A stretch of 64,000 bases of DNA from an uncultured Planctomycetota bacterium (GTDB lineage: Bacteria > Planctomycetota > Planctomycetia > Pirellulales > PALSA-1355). Made by a program: the position numbers and the translations under genes. Each line of letters begins with the position of its first letter. Positions within the stretch are counted from its first letter, which is position 1. Positions 18,761 through 31,037 of this stretch are shown here, one piece after another. The stretch lies in the NCBI GenBank assembly GCA_963711515.1, contig CAVQEL010000006.1, positions 14,072 to 78,071 of the forward strand, in the 5' to 3' direction. Below the pieces are notes generated by a model. It was given only the letters and a program-made list of their open reading frames with translations. It was not told where the DNA came from and did not search any database.

Positions 18761-20443
18761 TCATCGCGACACGGCCCGCTGGCCGGGCGCGGATAGCCCA
18801 TAGCGGTAGCGGACGTAGTCCACGAGAAACTTCTGGTACATGGGGCCGCCCGGGGGAGCGCCGTACATTTTCCCGGTGGTGGTGCTCCAGCAATGCATGC
18901 CGAAGGCGCCGATCTCGGACCCCAGGGCGGCTTTCGCGTCGCAGATGTCGGAAAGAAACCAAGGGTCGTCCGCCTGGGCTCGAAAGCCGAGCCGCACGTG
19001 CGAACGTTGTCGAGGCACTGGATGAGCATGCCCAGCGGCTTGGCCGCCAGGATCGACTCGGGGATCTCTTCGGCAAAGTGGACGTGCAGCGTCCCGGCGC
19101 CGAAGGGACGGTGCCGCCCGCTTTTGGGGTCGTTCTCGACGCCGGGCGTCCACATGCCGATGTTCTTGCCCTGGGCATCCTGCAGCACGAAGTTCATCCA
19201 GTAGTTCCAGGGAATCGTGTCATCGGGGGCCGTGAAGCTGGTTTCGATTTCCCACGGCGGCGGATAATCAGACAACTTCAAGCTCGACCCGCCGGCCGGC
19301 CCGAACCCCGTGCCCAAGCCCGGCCCCAGCAAGCTTGAGCATCAGGTTGCCCGAGTACGAATGCGTGTCCATCAGCGTGCATTGCTCCTGAACCTGCCAG
19401 CGTCCCAGGTAGCCGGGGATGTTGAACTCGTCGGAGTAGGCCGCAAACGGGCGGGGCTCGGCGCCGAAGAAAACGCAGTAGTCGACGTAGTATTCGTATT
19501 TCGGATTCGGCGGCTCGGGCCGGGGAGCGACCACCGGGGTCATCGTCTGCTGGTAGTGTTCCGGATCGCCGGCGCCGAGCATCAGCGGATGCGGCCCCTT
19601 GACCTGCGGGAGATTTCGACACAGCACGTCGGGAATCCAGCGGTCGGCCGAGATGATCGGCCCGATCTCCCAGATGCCCGTGATGGGGCCGTACTCCGAG
19701 CAGTCGATTTGCCGCATGTTCCAACCGTGCGAAGCGTCGAACTTGATGCCCACGGTTAGCCGCGTCGGGCTCAGCAGTACGCAGCGGAAGAACAACTGCC
19801 CGCTGGCGGGTCCGGCGTACTTCGCGCCGTCGCCGATCCAGACGTAGGGAATGCCCCAGTTGCCCATCACCGTGCGTCCCAAGTCGCCGCGCCCCCAGAC
19901 CAGGTAAGTCTCGGGATGGGGCTCGCTGGAGAATTGCGGCAGGCCCACGCCCGCCTCGCCCGTGCAGCCGAGATGCACCACGAGCAGTTGGAACTCGTGC
20001 GACTGCGGCGGCCGCCGTGTCCGATCGGCCGGCCACTGGGCCGGGTCGGACGTGGTGACGACGACGTTCAAGCCGATCGCGGAGTTGACTTGCGTCTTGG
20101 CCCCGACGCCGGCCAGCAGGTTGAAGCTTTGCACGAGCGACGTCTGAAACTCCCAGGGGAGGCGGAAGTCGCCGATGCGGATCGGGTCTTTCAAAATGCC
20201 TTTGACGTCCTGACCCCGGCCCGCCTCGTAGATGGTGGCCAGCCCGGGATGCTCCTCGGTGGAAAACGACTTGATGTTGTCTTGCGGAACAAACATCCAA
20301 GGGTCGACATCGGCGCCCGGGCGGTTGAAGTGCTGGTCGAACGCCGAGATGTCCGACTCGGCGGCCGCGCCCTTGTGCACCAAGACAAGGAACGCGAGAA
20401 CGATGGAGAACAAAATAACTCGTGGATAGACCTGGCAGTTTTT
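18761..20443 (-). CDS. Large secreted hypothetical protein (about 560 aa) with at least 2 apparent frameshifts (about 19300 and about 18960).
   Basis: It has a signal peptide 'MKNCQVYPRVILFSIVLAFLVLVHKGAAAE'. Coding-looking segments continue across three ORFs (19268..20650, 18658..19332, 18761..19153). Confidence 0.5.
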
Positions 20444-20603
20444 CATCGTGCTGACCTTGGGCTTGTCTCGGCAGAGAATCGCGCATCCCCGGCCAGTGTA
20501 TTCCGCCGGGGGCGCCATTTGAATCAATGCTTGACATACATGGCCTGACAAGGTATCGTGACGCCTAGCTACGCAAGGTATACGTTCGCGAGGGACAAGT
20601 GCC

Positions 20604-20954
20604 GTGACACAGAACCCTGACCTGGTGCGCGGAGCGCTGGAACCGGTCATTCTCGAATTGATCGCCGGCGGAGCCAGCTACGGCTACGAAATCGCCCGGG
20701 CCGTCCAGCAAGCGAGCAATGGTGAGTTGCTGGCGCAGGAGGGGACGCTTTATCCGGCCCTGCATCGCCTGGAAAAACGGGGCTACCTGCGGGCCGTGTG
20801 GAAGACTTCGCCCGAGGGACGCAAACGGAAACACTATCAGCTCACCGGCGAGGGGCGCCGCTATCTCGAAGCGCTGCGGGCCGAGTGGGAATCGTTCAGC
20901 AAAACGGTGAACCGCATTCTGGGGATTGCCCATGTCGCCGTCGTTTGCCCATGA
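20604..20954 (+). CDS. PadR-family transcriptional regulator.
   Basis: It carries 'LELIAGGASYGYEIARAV...GTLYPALHRLEKRGYL'. Confidence 0.8.
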   Translation: MTQNPDLVRGALEPVILELIAGGASYGYEIARAVQQASNGELLAQEGTLYPALHRLEKRGYLRAVWKTSPEGRKRKHYQLTGEGRRYLEALRAEWESFSKTVNRILGIAHVAVVCP

Positions 20955-22223
20955 GGGGAACATCGATCCGCGCGGCGACGCCCCGGGCGGATCACTGGAC
21001 GACGAGCTGTCGGCCGAAATCGCCGATCACCTGGCGGCGGCGGCCGGCGAGCTGGAGCGCCGCGGCGCACCGGAAGACGAAGCGGCGACGGGGGCGCTGG
21101 CTCGCTTCGGCGACGTACGGCAAATCAAGCGGCAATGCTGGTGGATCCACAAGGGGGACGAAGTCATGTATCGCGCGGCAGGAATCACCCTGTTGAGTCT
21201 GTTGACCGTAGGCGTCGTGGCTCTGGCGCTGGGGGGCTGGCAATTGCAGCACAGCGTCAGCGAACAACTGGAGACCCTCTCGGCCACGCAGCAGGCACTG
21301 TTGGCGCAGCAGCGTCCGCCGCAGGTGGCCGGGGCGCTGCTACCTGGGCGACAAATCAAAGCCAGCGCGCGACGTGGAGGTGCAGGTCTACCGGTTTTCG
21401 GACGTGCCGATAGGGAGTTCGGGATTCGGCTCCATGCGACCCGCCACGGGGTCGTCACGCGGCGGCTGCACACCAACGCGCGAGGGCGTTTCGACAGTGG
21501 CATCTTGCAGTCGGGTGAGTATTGCCTGCTCGCGCCCGTCTTCATGCCTGACGGCACGGCCGACTCCGAAGAGTTTCCGTTTCCCGTTTGCAAAGCCGGC
21601 CGTTGAGCCTTGTCGCCGGCGTCGGAGAACCCACGGTCGACCTGGACCTGGCCGCCACGGGGCGCGTTCGACTGGCCACGGCGGACATTCCCAACAGCGT
21701 GCGCGTCGGCGACGAGGAGCGGCGGCGTGTCGGTCGCTACTCTACGCGCATGCGGAACGGACGGCGAGCCGCTGGGATTACCGTGCGATTGCCGCTGCCC
21801 CCAGCGACACTCCACCGACGGGCGGCTGGCCGCTGCCGCTGCCCCCCGAGGGGCCGGCGCGATCGCGTTCACGGCTCGGCCAACCCAAAGACCTACCGCG
21901 CGACTGTGGCTGCCGCCGCAAGAGTATCATTTCGACCTCAACCTGATGCTCTCGTTCCGGGGCAGCACGGCCGGAAGTCCCTGGAGCGGCCTCTCGCCCT
22001 GGACCTTCGGCTACTCGCCGCGCGCCGCATTTCACGGACCATCACGGCCGACCAGGCCACGATGCTCACGGTGAGCATCGTCGGCGAGCCGCTGCAAGCG
22101 CGGTTTGACCGCGTGGCCAGCGAACTGACAGGAGCCAAAAAACCTCCGACGGCCATGGAAATTGCCACCGCCGCCATCAAGGACGTCAAAATCGACGTCC
22201 AGGTGACGCCGCTGACGGAGTGA
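20926..22223 (+). CDS. Hypothetical membrane-associated protein downstream of PadR, probably frameshifted between 21588 and 21606.
   Basis: It has a TM segment 'AAGITLLSLLTVGVVALALGGW'. The second ORF ends in a coding-like block 'TMLTVSIVGEPLQARFDRVASELTG'. Confidence 0.35.
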
Positions 22224-22295
22224 AGAGCCGGCGTGTCGTGGTCGGTCGTCGAGGTGAACGCCTACTGCACCGGCGGCAGCGAGGCCAGCGTCGCG

Positions 22296-23596
22296 CTAAG
22301 CTGCGCTTTCTCTTTGTGCGCAGACTCGGTCAGCTTTTCGTCGAGCCAGCGGATGCTGTTCGTCCGGGTCGGCTTGCATGTCAAAAAACTCGCCGGACGC
22401 GTAGAGCTTGTAGCGCGGGCCGCGGACAAAGCGGCGGCCGGATTTCAGCTCCGCGTAGGCCCAGGTGCGGGAAGTGTGTCCCTCGCCCGTGAGCACCCCG
22501 GCAAAGCTGTGACCGTTGAGGACGGGGCTCTCGGGCAAGCTGCGCCGGCCAGTTCGGCCAGCGTCGGCAGAAAGTCGCTAAAATCGACCAGGTCGTTGCG
22601 GACCGTGCCGGCCGGGACGTGCCCCGGCCAGTTGGCGATCAAGGGGACGCCGGTTCCCCATTCGGTGAGCTGGCCTTTGCCCCCCTGCACCGACCGGCCG
22701 CCGATTTTGGAAAACACTTTGCGGCGGACGTACTCACCGTTCTCGTAGCGTTCGATCGACGCGGCCGCCGTGCCGTTGTCGCCCGTGAATAGGATCAGCG
22801 TGCTCGCGCGCAGCTGCATCTCGTCGAGCGCGGCCACCAGCCGGCCGACCGAGCGGTCCATTTCGCCAGCCATCTCGGCGTACGTCATCCAGCGATCTTT
22901 GCCCGGGACGTACGGGACCGGCTGGCCGATGTCGTTGGTGACGTCGTGGCACAGGGCCATCGAGTAGTAAGCAAAGAACGGCCCTGCGCGGTGGCGGCGG
23001 ATGAAGTCGACCAGAAAATCGACGTACAAGTCGGGCCCGTACTTGCCGGCCGTGTCAGTCCGCGGCGAGCCGTTTTCGTAAATGAGCGGGTCGTGATAGC
23101 GAGGTCCTTCGTGCCAGCCGAACAGGGACCACTCGTCAAAACCCATGCGACGAGGCTGCTGCGGATCGTCCTTCAGGATCGACAACTGCCACTTGCCGGC
23201 GATCGCCGTGGCGTAGCCGGCCCGCCGGAGGACGGCGGCAAAGGTGCGCTCCTCTTCGGCGCGCGGAAAGGATCCCCACTTGGGATTGCCCAGCACGGCC
23301 GGATACGCGCCCGAGAGCAAACAGGTGCGCGAGGGATGACAAACCGGCATGCTGTAGCAATGCGTGAACCGCATGCCGCCGGCGGCCAGGGCGTCAATAT
23401 GGGGCGTCGAGTACGACTCGCCGCCGTAGCAGCCCAGCACTTCGCGCCCTACGTCATCGGCCAGGATGAGCACGATATTCGGGGGCTCGGCTCGCGCGGT
23501 CGCGGCCGACGACGAAATCAACAGTCCCATCAACACGCAAAGTCGAAACAACATGACCATCGATCGCAGGAGAACGTTGCGGAGCAAAGGTACCAA
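22296..23596 (-). CDS. Sulfatase (formylglycine-dependent). Apparent frameshift near 22520.
   Basis: It carries 'PNIVLILADDVGREVLGCYGG' and 'CYSMPVCHPSRTCLLSG' (CxPxR). The C-terminal part 'LNGHSFAGVL...YKLYASGEFFDMQADPDE' is in another frame. Confidence 0.8.
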
Positions 23597-23688
23597 CCGT
23601 TGCTATCTTTCGCCGATACACTGCCAACAAGCTCACCAGTCACCGGCCGGCTTCCTTCGTCCGACAGCTTAACAAGCAAACGCAACAA

Positions 23689-25173
23689 CTACGAGTCCGA
23701 GCCATCCTGTCCCATGACCAGCGGCTGCGGATCGCCTGGGATCTTGCCCGCGGGCCGTTGACCGCTGCCCTGCTGCCCACGGTCTCCCAAGTCGGCGCGG
23801 GCCGCTGCCGCCAGGAGGGTCAGGCGCCGCACGACGTCCGGATGATCCTTGGCCACGTTGGTCGTGCAGCCCACGTCGTCGAGCAGGTGAAACAACAGCG
23901 GCGTGGCCTTTTCGCCGGGCTTGAAATGCGGGTGTTGGCGGAACGTATCGAGCGGCAGAAACAACTTCCAGGGACCGCTGCGCACGGCCTGCAGTTGATC
24001 CTCGGCGTAGTAGTACAACGCCTCGTGCGGAGACGTGGCGCCCGGCTGCCCGAAGATGAGCGGACGGATATCGTAGCCGTCGACGTCGTGCTCGACGCGC
24101 TCGATTCCGGCCAGGTGCGCGAACGTGGGCAACAGATCTAGTGTGCTGGCCACTTCCGTGCACGTCGTTCCCGGCTGGACGCGGCCGGGCCAGCGCATGA
24201 TCGTGGGCGTACGAAACGCGCCCTCAGACGTGGTGTATCCGCGACCGAAGAGCGGCCGGTTCGTGCCGCGCGACACGTCGTTCACGTCGGGCTTCATCGG
24301 GGCACCGTTGTCCGACAGCCAGACGACCAGCGTGCACTCATCAATTCCCAGCTCCGCCAGCGTGTCGAGAATCTGGCCGGTCGACCAATCGATTTCTTCG
24401 ATCGCGTCGCCCCAGGGACCGTTCTTGCTCTGGCCCTTGAACGCCGGACTGGCAAACGGCGCCGGCGTGCTGCCCGGCATCGGCTGCGCAAAGTACACGA
24501 AGAACGGCTGATCCCGATGGGCGCGCATGAATTTGATGACCTCCTCCGTGCACCGCCTGGTGAGCAGATCGCGGTTCACGGGCGCTTCAATCACCGATTC
24601 GTTTTCCATCAGCGGCAGCGGCGGCCAGGCGTCGCCCTGCAGCCGCCGACCGATCCGCCGGCCCGCGTCGCGGGTCATATCGTCGCTGTAGGGAATTCCG
24701 AAGAACCGATCGAAGCCCTGCCGCGTGGGAAGAAACGGGGGCTGGTCGCCCAGGTGCCATTTGCCGAAGATCGCCGTCTGGTAACCGCGCGACTTGAGCA
24801 CCTCGGCGATCGTGATTTCATCCGGATGCAGTCCGTACGGCGAAACCGGCCGCAGCACCTGGCCGTCGCGAGGGTTCGTGTGCATGCCGATCCGCTGCGC
24901 GTAACAACCCGTCAGCAGCGACGCGCGCGACGGAGTGCAGACGCCGGCCGTCACGTAGCAATGCGTGAACCGGCATCCCTGGCGAGCCATCCGGTTCAAC
25001 TGCGGCGTGCGATGCACGGTCGAGCCGAACGGCTCAATGTCGCCGTAGCCCAGGTTATCGCAGAAGACGACTACTACATTCGGCGGCCGGCCGTCCTCGG
25101 CGGCGACGCCGACCGGCATCGTGCCGACGGCCAACAGCACCGCCGTGCATCCGGTGAGGAGCAGTTTCGTCAT
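23689..25173 (-). CDS. Sulfatase (arylsulfatase family), apparently intact.
   Basis: It has a signal peptide. Motifs 'PNVVVVFCDNLGYGD' and 'CYVTAGVCTPSRASLLTG' are present. Confidence 0.85.
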   Translation of the reverse strand: MTKLLLTGCTAVLLAVGTMPVGVAAEDGRPPNVVVVFCDNLGYGDIEPFGSTVHRTPQLNRMARQGCRFTHCYVTAGVCTPSRASLLTGCYAQRIGMHTNPRDGQVLRPVSPYGLHPDEITIAEVLKSRGYQTAIFGKWHLGDQPPFLPTRQGFDRFFGIPYSDDMTRDAGRRIGRRLQGDAWPPLPLMENESVIEAPVNRDLLTRRCTEEVIKFMRAHRDQPFFVYFAQPMPGSTPAPFASPAFKGQSKNGPWGDAIEEIDWSTGQILDTLAELGIDECTLVVWLSDNGAPMKPDVNDVSRGTNRPLFGRGYTTSEGAFRTPTIMRWPGRVQPGTTCTEVASTLDLLPTFAHLAGIERVEHDVDGYDIRPLIFGQPGATSPHEALYYYAEDQLQAVRSGPWKLFLPLDTFRQHPHFKPGEKATPLLFHLLDDVGCTTNVAKDHPDVVRRLTLLAAAARADLGDRGQQGSGQRPAGKIPGDPQPLVMGQDGSDS

Positions 25174-25453
25174 GGTTTTCCAGCCCTCGCGGTCGCGGCC
25201 GATGACGCGACAAGGATGAGGAACACCAGGGACCGAAACTCCATCACGTTTGCCTCACCGGCAGAATGCGTACCCGAGAAACCCGCCAACCAACGGCACG
25301 CGGTCGCAAGGCTTCCCTGCGACTTCCACGCGTGAAAGTCGTTGCACAGCTTAACAGCCCCACCCGCCCGAAGCGAATTTGCAGGCGGCGGTTAATCTGG
25401 CGATGACTTCGCGGTTGACCCCTCTGGTGGCAACTTCCGACGGAGATCATTCC

Positions 25454-26455
25454 ATGTCCGAATCCATGGCAGGCACGTCGATCGTCATCGCCGGCGGCAG
25501 CGGCTTTCTGGGGGTCGCGTTGGCGAATTATCTCGCCGTGCGCGGCGCTTCGGTCGTGATCTTGTCGCGCCATGCGCCCCGCGTGGAGGGACCCTGGCGG
25601 CACGTGCTGTGGGACGCTCGGACGGTGGGCACGTGGCGCGAGGCGCTCAATGGCTCCGCGGGCCTGGTCAACCTGGCCGGCCGAAACGTTAATTGCGTCA
25701 AGACTCCCGACCACCGGGACGAAATCCTACGATCGCGCATCGAGTCGACGCGCGTCTTGGGCGAAGCCCTGCGAACCGTCGAACGGCCGCCGCGGGTGTG
25801 GGTGCAGATGAGCACCGCGCACATCTACGGAGACCCGCCTCGCGCCGTCTGCACCGAATCGTCCCCGTTCGGCTACGGACTGGCGCCCACGGTGGGCAAA
25901 GCTTGGGAAGAGGCCTTTCACGCCAGCCTGCTGCCGGTGCAGCGCGGCGTCGTGCTGCGCACCGGCTTTGTCCTGGGGCGCAATCGAGGCGCAGGAGGCG
26001 GCGCGCTCGACATCCTGGCGCGGCTGGCCCGAGTTGGCCTGGGGGGCCGCGTCGGCTCCGGCTCGCAGGGGATGAGCTGGATTCACGAAACGGACTTGAA
26101 TCGCCTTTTCGAACGCGGGCTGACAAACTCCGCCATGCAAGGCGCCTACATCGCGTCAGCGCCGCATCCGGTTTCGCAGGTCACGTTCATGCGTGCGCTG
26201 CGGCGAGCCGTGGGCATGCCAGTGGGTTTGCCCGCTTTCTCGTGGATGGTACGCATCGCCGCGCCGCTCTTGTTGCGCAGCGATCCGGAGCTGGCCCTGT
26301 ACGGGCGCTACGTCGTCTCAGAGCGGTTGGCCGCCGAAGGATTCGAGTTTCGTTTTCCGCGGCTGCGAGGGGCGCTCGACAACCTGTTCGATCGCCGCCG
26401 CAATGGACAAGCGTGCCAACAAGGCCGGGTTCGCGAGCTGGCACCCGCCGGATGA
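25454..26455 (+). CDS. TIGR01777/YfcH-like NAD-dependent epimerase/dehydratase family protein (DUF1731).
   Basis: It carries the Rossmann motif '[18 protein letters not shown]' and '[13 protein letters not shown]'. Confidence 0.7.
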   Translation: MSESMAGTSIVIAGGSGFLGVALANYLAVRGASVVILSRHAPRVEGPWRHVLWDARTVGTWREALNGSAGLVNLAGRNVNCVKTPDHRDEILRSRIESTRVLGEALRTVERPPRVWVQMSTAHIYGDPPRAVCTESSPFGYGLAPTVGKAWEEAFHASLLPVQRGVVLRTGFVLGRNRGAGGGALDILARLARVGLGGRVGSGSQGMSWIHETDLNRLFERGLTNSAMQGAYIASAPHPVSQVTFMRALRRAVGMPVGLPAFSWMVRIAAPLLLRSDPELALYGRYVVSERLAAEGFEFRFPRLRGALDNLFDRRRNGQACQQGRVRELAPAG

Positions 26456-26622
26456 GGCCCGCCCGCTACGGCCCGTCAACGCTGCTGGCAGAGATGATCG
26501 TCCTGCCGCGAACGGGCCAACTATTTCGTTGGCGGCTGCGGACCTCCGGCGGTAAAACTAGGGTGTGGTCAAAGGCCCAGGAGAATTGCCATGTTTACTC
26601 GCGGAAAACCTCTCGCCCAGGC

Positions 26623-28389
26623 TTACCGCCCGCCGATCGCCAGCGGAGACTTGGTCGGGCGCACGCTGGGGGGCAGGAAGCCGCCGTCGTTCACGCCGAC
26701 TTCGGCGGCTATCAGTTCGTTGAGCAGGGCGTTCATCCGCAGGATCGGCTGCCGGTACTGCCGGGGCTCAAGCGCCAGGTTGTGGATTTCATCGGGATCG
26801 ACTTCCAGATCGAACAACTGCACGTCGTTGTCTCGGAAGATCTCTTCGATCGTGTGCGGCATGTTGAACGCATCGGGCGCGTAGTAGCGGGCAAACTTCA
26901 ACCGGCCGTCGAAGGCAAAGGCTAGGAATCCGCGCTTGTCCAGCTTGACCTCTGAGAGAGGCGGCACGGGCCGCTTCTGGAGCGAATTGGAAAGGGTCTT
27001 GAGCAGGTAGTCTCCGTCGATCGTGGAAATGCCGACGTAGTTGAACAGCACCGCGGGCCGCACGGCGTGCAAGCCGGCTGCCTCGGGCTCGGCCAGCAGC
27101 GGCGAAAAATCGCGCCCGGGAAGTGCCGCCACCGCGGCCGGACGGCGGCTGGCCGGAAGCCCGGTGAGGCCCACGAACGTGGGGAGCAGATCGAGATGGC
27201 TGGTGAGCGCCGAGCAGGTCGTGCCGGGCTGGCCGTCGGGATGAACGACGACCAAGGGAACGTGGGCGTTGGCTTCGTAACAAAACGGGCCTTTGCCTTT
27301 CAGCCCGCCGTGAGCGCCGGCCATTTCCCCGTGATCGGCGCTGAACACCACGACGGTATCCTGCCACAGGTTCATCTGGTCCAGGGCGTCGATGACGAGT
27401 TGTAGGGCGCGGTCGTTGTCGCGCATGCAGTTGAGGTAATAGTCGTAGAAGGCGGTCCACATGTCGCGGCGATCGGCCGGAATAACGCCCAGCGTGCCCG
27501 ACCAGCCGCGATGATATTCCAGGAGCGCCGGCGGCATGCCCGGCGCCGTGAGCGATTGCTCGAGGCTGGCGGGTAGCGCGAAATTCCAGCGGGCCCGGTA
27601 CAGCGTGTCGGCCGGCGGCGGCGTGAGGATGTGCGGCGCCGCGGCCTTTTGCACGGGGGGCTGGCCCGGCAGGTTGGCGTCGGCGTACATGATGTCGTGC
27701 GGATTGAGAAAGCTCAGCACGAGGCAGAACGGCTGATCCTGGCCGTCACGTCGGGCCGCCTCGTGCGTGCGCAGCCAGCGGACGCCCTCGCCGGCGGTAT
27801 AAAAGTCGCGCATGAAACCATCGTAGGGCCCACTGGGCACGTCGCCGTCGGGACTGAACAGGTCAAACCCGTACGGTTGCAGGGCGGCCTCGTAATTCGT
27901 CGTGTCGCTGCCGGCCAGGATCTGGGCATTCAATTCGAACTTGCCGAAGTAGGCCGTCTTGTATCCCATGCCCTTGAGCACCGAGCCGATGTTGGGAAGC
28001 TCCGGGCTCAAGTTGGGGACGTAACCGTACTCCATCTGATCGAACACGCCGGTGACCTGCGGCGGACGGCCGGTAAAGAACGCGGCCCGCGAGGGAGTGC
28101 ACATGGCGGCCGCGATGTAGTGATTCGCAAAGGTCGTACCGCGACGCGCGAGCGTGCGGCGTGCCGGTAAGGCGTAGTCCCCCTCGGCCGTGAGATGATG
28201 CGCCTCCTGGTCGCAAATGATGAAGATGATATTGTTCGCTCGCCGGCCGGCCGCACGCCCGACGGCGCTCTCCACATCCGCCGCCCGGGCCAAACACGAA
28301 ACGCCAACCAGCACGATCACCGCGCAGACGAATCGCGTGAAATACGCAGCCCATGCCGTATGTGGCACTCTCAGCACAGCAAGCTTCAT
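26623..28389 (-). CDS. Sulfatase (588 aa).
   Basis: Motifs 'NIIFIICDQEAHH' and 'YIAAAMCTPSRAAFFTG' are present. Confidence 0.8.
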   Translation of the reverse strand: MKLAVLRVPHTAWAAYFTRFVCAVIVLVGVSCLARAADVESAVGRAAGRRANNIIFIICDQEAHHLTAEGDYALPARRTLARRGTTFANHYIAAAMCTPSRAAFFTGRPPQVTGVFDQMEYGYVPNLSPELPNIGSVLKGMGYKTAYFGKFELNAQILAGSDTTNYEAALQPYGFDLFSPDGDVPSGPYDGFMRDFYTAGEGVRWLRTHEAARRDGQDQPFCLVLSFLNPHDIMYADANLPGQPPVQKAAAPHILTPPPADTLYRARWNFALPASLEQSLTAPGMPPALLEYHRGWSGTLGVIPADRRDMWTAFYDYYLNCMRDNDRALQLVIDALDQMNLWQDTVVVFSADHGEMAGAHGGLKGKGPFCYEANAHVPLVVVHPDGQPGTTCSALTSHLDLLPTFVGLTGLPASRRPAAVAALPGRDFSPLLAEPEAAGLHAVRPAVLFNYVGISTIDGDYLLKTLSNSLQKRPVPPLSEVKLDKRGFLAFAFDGRLKFARYYAPDAFNMPHTIEEIFRDNDVQLFDLEVDPDEIHNLALEPRQYRQPILRMNALLNELIAAEVGVNDGGFLPPSVRPTKSPLAIGGR

Positions 28390-28543
28390 GACCGGACGCC
28401 TCTCTTTTCAACAGCGCTGACGCAGCCTTTGAAAAGTCTAGCTTGCGATGCGGAAGACGGCGCGGCAGCCTGAATGAGCATCGCCGAGGGCGGTCAATGG
28501 TCGCGACTCGTTTGGCAATTCATGTCGAATCTGAGCGGCGTCG

Positions 28544-29395
28544 TCATTTCTTCTTGACGACGTCAAACTGCACCGTCAGGCTCACGGCGACCGGAATGTT
28601 CTTGAGCTCCGTCGAAGTGTATTCGGGGTGACTACTCGACATCCCGCTGAACATGGCGATGTAGGCGGCGAATCCACCGCCGTTGTCGTCCTTGGCGGAG
28701 GGCACGGTCTCTCGAATGGAGACGATGTCACCCAACTCCAGGCCCGCCAGTTCGGCCAGGCGTTCGGCTTTGGCCCGGGCCTGCTTCAGGGCAGCCTCGT
28801 AGGCCTGCTGCCGGAGCGTGTCGGTCTGGCTGAGTTTGAACGTGGCTAGCGAACCCGGCTTTCCGCCGCTGAACTGCACTTCGATCATGCTCTTTGGGCC
28901 CGGGCCGATGGTCACTCCGGCGTCCTTGGCCACGTCGACGACGCGCGTCACGGCTTGCAACAGATTGTCGGCGCTCATCGTGTCGACACCCGAGAGGGTG
29001 ATGGTCAGTTGCTCCTGGACGCCCACCTTCGCGCCGACTTGCGGCTGGTTGGCCTGAGCGGCCTGAACGACCGGCATGGCGTTGCCCTGGGCGCCGGAAT
29101 TGACCGACAGGCCGGAGCCGACGATGGTCACTCCCTCGAGGTTCAACGCGCCCAGCGCTTCGACGATCCGCCGCTTGTTGCCGCGATACTTCTCCACGGC
29201 GTCGCCTGCCAGCTCCGCGGTGCCCGCGACCGTGGCCGTCAACTCAACGGTGTCGGGCATCGCCTCGACGACGCCCGTACCTGAGACGGTGATGCCGCGG
29301 CTCTCGTCCGCTGCGGCCGTCACGCCCGCCGTTCCCACCAGCGACATCCAGAGCAACACAAACAGTCGGCGTCTCACGATCGCGTTACGTTTCAT
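28544..29395 (-). CDS. SIMPL/DUF541 domain periplasmic protein.
   Basis: It has a signal peptide 'MKRNAIVRRRLFVLLWMSLVGTAGVTAA'. The architecture is SIMPL-like ('ITVSGTGVVEAMPDTVELTATV...'). Confidence 0.65.
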   Translation of the reverse strand: MKRNAIVRRRLFVLLWMSLVGTAGVTAAADESRGITVSGTGVVEAMPDTVELTATVAGTAELAGDAVEKYRGNKRRIVEALGALNLEGVTIVGSGLSVNSGAQGNAMPVVQAAQANQPQVGAKVGVQEQLTITLSGVDTMSADNLLQAVTRVVDVAKDAGVTIGPGPKSMIEVQFSGGKPGSLATFKLSQTDTLRQQAYEAALKQARAKAERLAELAGLELGDIVSIRETVPSAKDDNGGGFAAYIAMFSGMSSSHPEYTSTELKNIPVAVSLTVQFDVVKKK

Positions 29396-29523
29396 AGCGG
29401 TGACCCTCGGTTCATGGAACATGGCTGGTGGTGGACCCAATAGAAAGTCTACCGGGAACGTACAGGGGTTCCCAGCGTCGCGGACGGACGAGAACCAAAG
29501 CCTAATCAATGGACACGCCGCGG

Positions 29524-30904
29524 TCACTTCGGCACGGCGTATTTCCGCAGGTAATGGCGGAATTGGTGATACGTCAGCCCCAGCAGCCGGGCAGCCTGAG
29601 CCTGATTGCCGTCGGATTGCTTCATCGCGTCGCGGATGAGTTGGCTGCAATACGCGCCGACGCGCTGTTGAAAATCGCCCTTCTGACCAGGTTGCCGCTG
29701 GTTGGGCAGCATGCCGATGTCCTCGGGCGTGATTTCGTTGGTCGTATCGCGGTAGGCGGCCCGTTCAATGATGTTCTTCAGCTCGCGCACGTTGCCGGGA
29801 AAGTCGTAATTGCGCAACAGCCGCAGTGCCGATGCCGACAGCGACTTCCCCTTGAACGCCGGAATCTCGAGCGAGAATTGATCCAAGAAGTGCCGGGCCA
29901 GGACGTCCACGTCGCCCGAGCGGCTGCGCAGCGGCGGAACCTGAATCACTTCGAACGCCAGACGATCGTACAGGTCGCCCAGAAAGCCTCCCTCGCGGAT
30001 CCGCTCCTTGAGATCGACGTTCGTCGCCGAGATGATCCGGACCGAGGTCTTCTGCTCGCGCTGCCCACCGACGCGCATAAACGTGCCGTATTCCACCACG
30101 CGCAAGATCTTCTGTTGAAATGGCGCCGACATGTGGGCGATTTCATCCAGAAACAGCGTGCCGCCGCTGGCCAGCTCGAACTTGCCTTGCCGCGTTTCGT
30201 CGGCGCCGGTGAAGGCCCCCTTCTCGTGGCCGAACAATTCGCTTTCCAACAACGCGTCGGAAAACGCCGCGCAATTCACCGTCACGATCGGACGCGCGGC
30301 TCCGAACGCCGCAAAATGGAGCGCTCGCGCCACGAGCTCTTTGCCCGTGCCGCGCTCCCCCGTGATCAACACCGGCCGCGGCACTTGGGCAATCCGCTTG
30401 ACGCGGGCAATCAGTTCTTGAATCTCGGGCGACTCGCCGATGATGCGAAAGCGGGCCTGAATTGCGCGCTCCAGTTCCGTGTTGCGCTGGTCCAACGCCC
30501 GGGCACGCTCGATCGCCCGAAACAGGCCGCGCATTTTGCCTAGCAGCGTGGCTGCGCGAGCATGCAGGTCGCTGCCACGAACCAAAAAGTCGTTGGCGCC
30601 GGCCTCGATGGCCGCGGCGGCCGAGGCGCACGTCGCCATGATCGGCAAAGGCCACGATCGGCAGCTCCGCGGCCTGTTTCCGCGCGGCCGCGATCAATTC
30701 GCGCCCGCTCCGCCGGCCGTCGCCGCGCTCGCCGTGCACCAACACGAGCGAGCGGCCGTCGTTGCGCTCGAGCCGCGCGAGCAAATCGTCGCCGTTGTGG
30801 ACAAGCTCCACATGGCAGTCCGCCGGCAACAGCGATGCGAATTCCCGCTGCAGGTCGTCAACCGCGTGGTCCGGCGGGCTGGCAATGAGAATTCGGTGAA
30901 GCAT
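29524..30904 (-). CDS. Sigma-54-dependent NtrC-family regulator (receiver-like domain plus AAA+ plus HTH). Apparent frameshift near 30640.
   Basis: It carries 'GERGTGKELVARALH', the 'GAFTGADETRQGKFELASGGTLFLDEI' block, and a C-terminal HTH 'AARLLGLTYHQFRHYLRKY'. The N-terminal receiver-like ORF is in another frame. Confidence 0.8.
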
Positions 30905-31037
30905 GCCACCATCGTACCCTGGCATGTAGTGAAATTCACCATATGTAGTGCATTTCACTAGATCCGCCCGTTAGGCGGATTTCAACAACTCATTTGTATT
31001 AAATGCCTTACTGCAATCCTTCAGTGCGGCATGTCGC

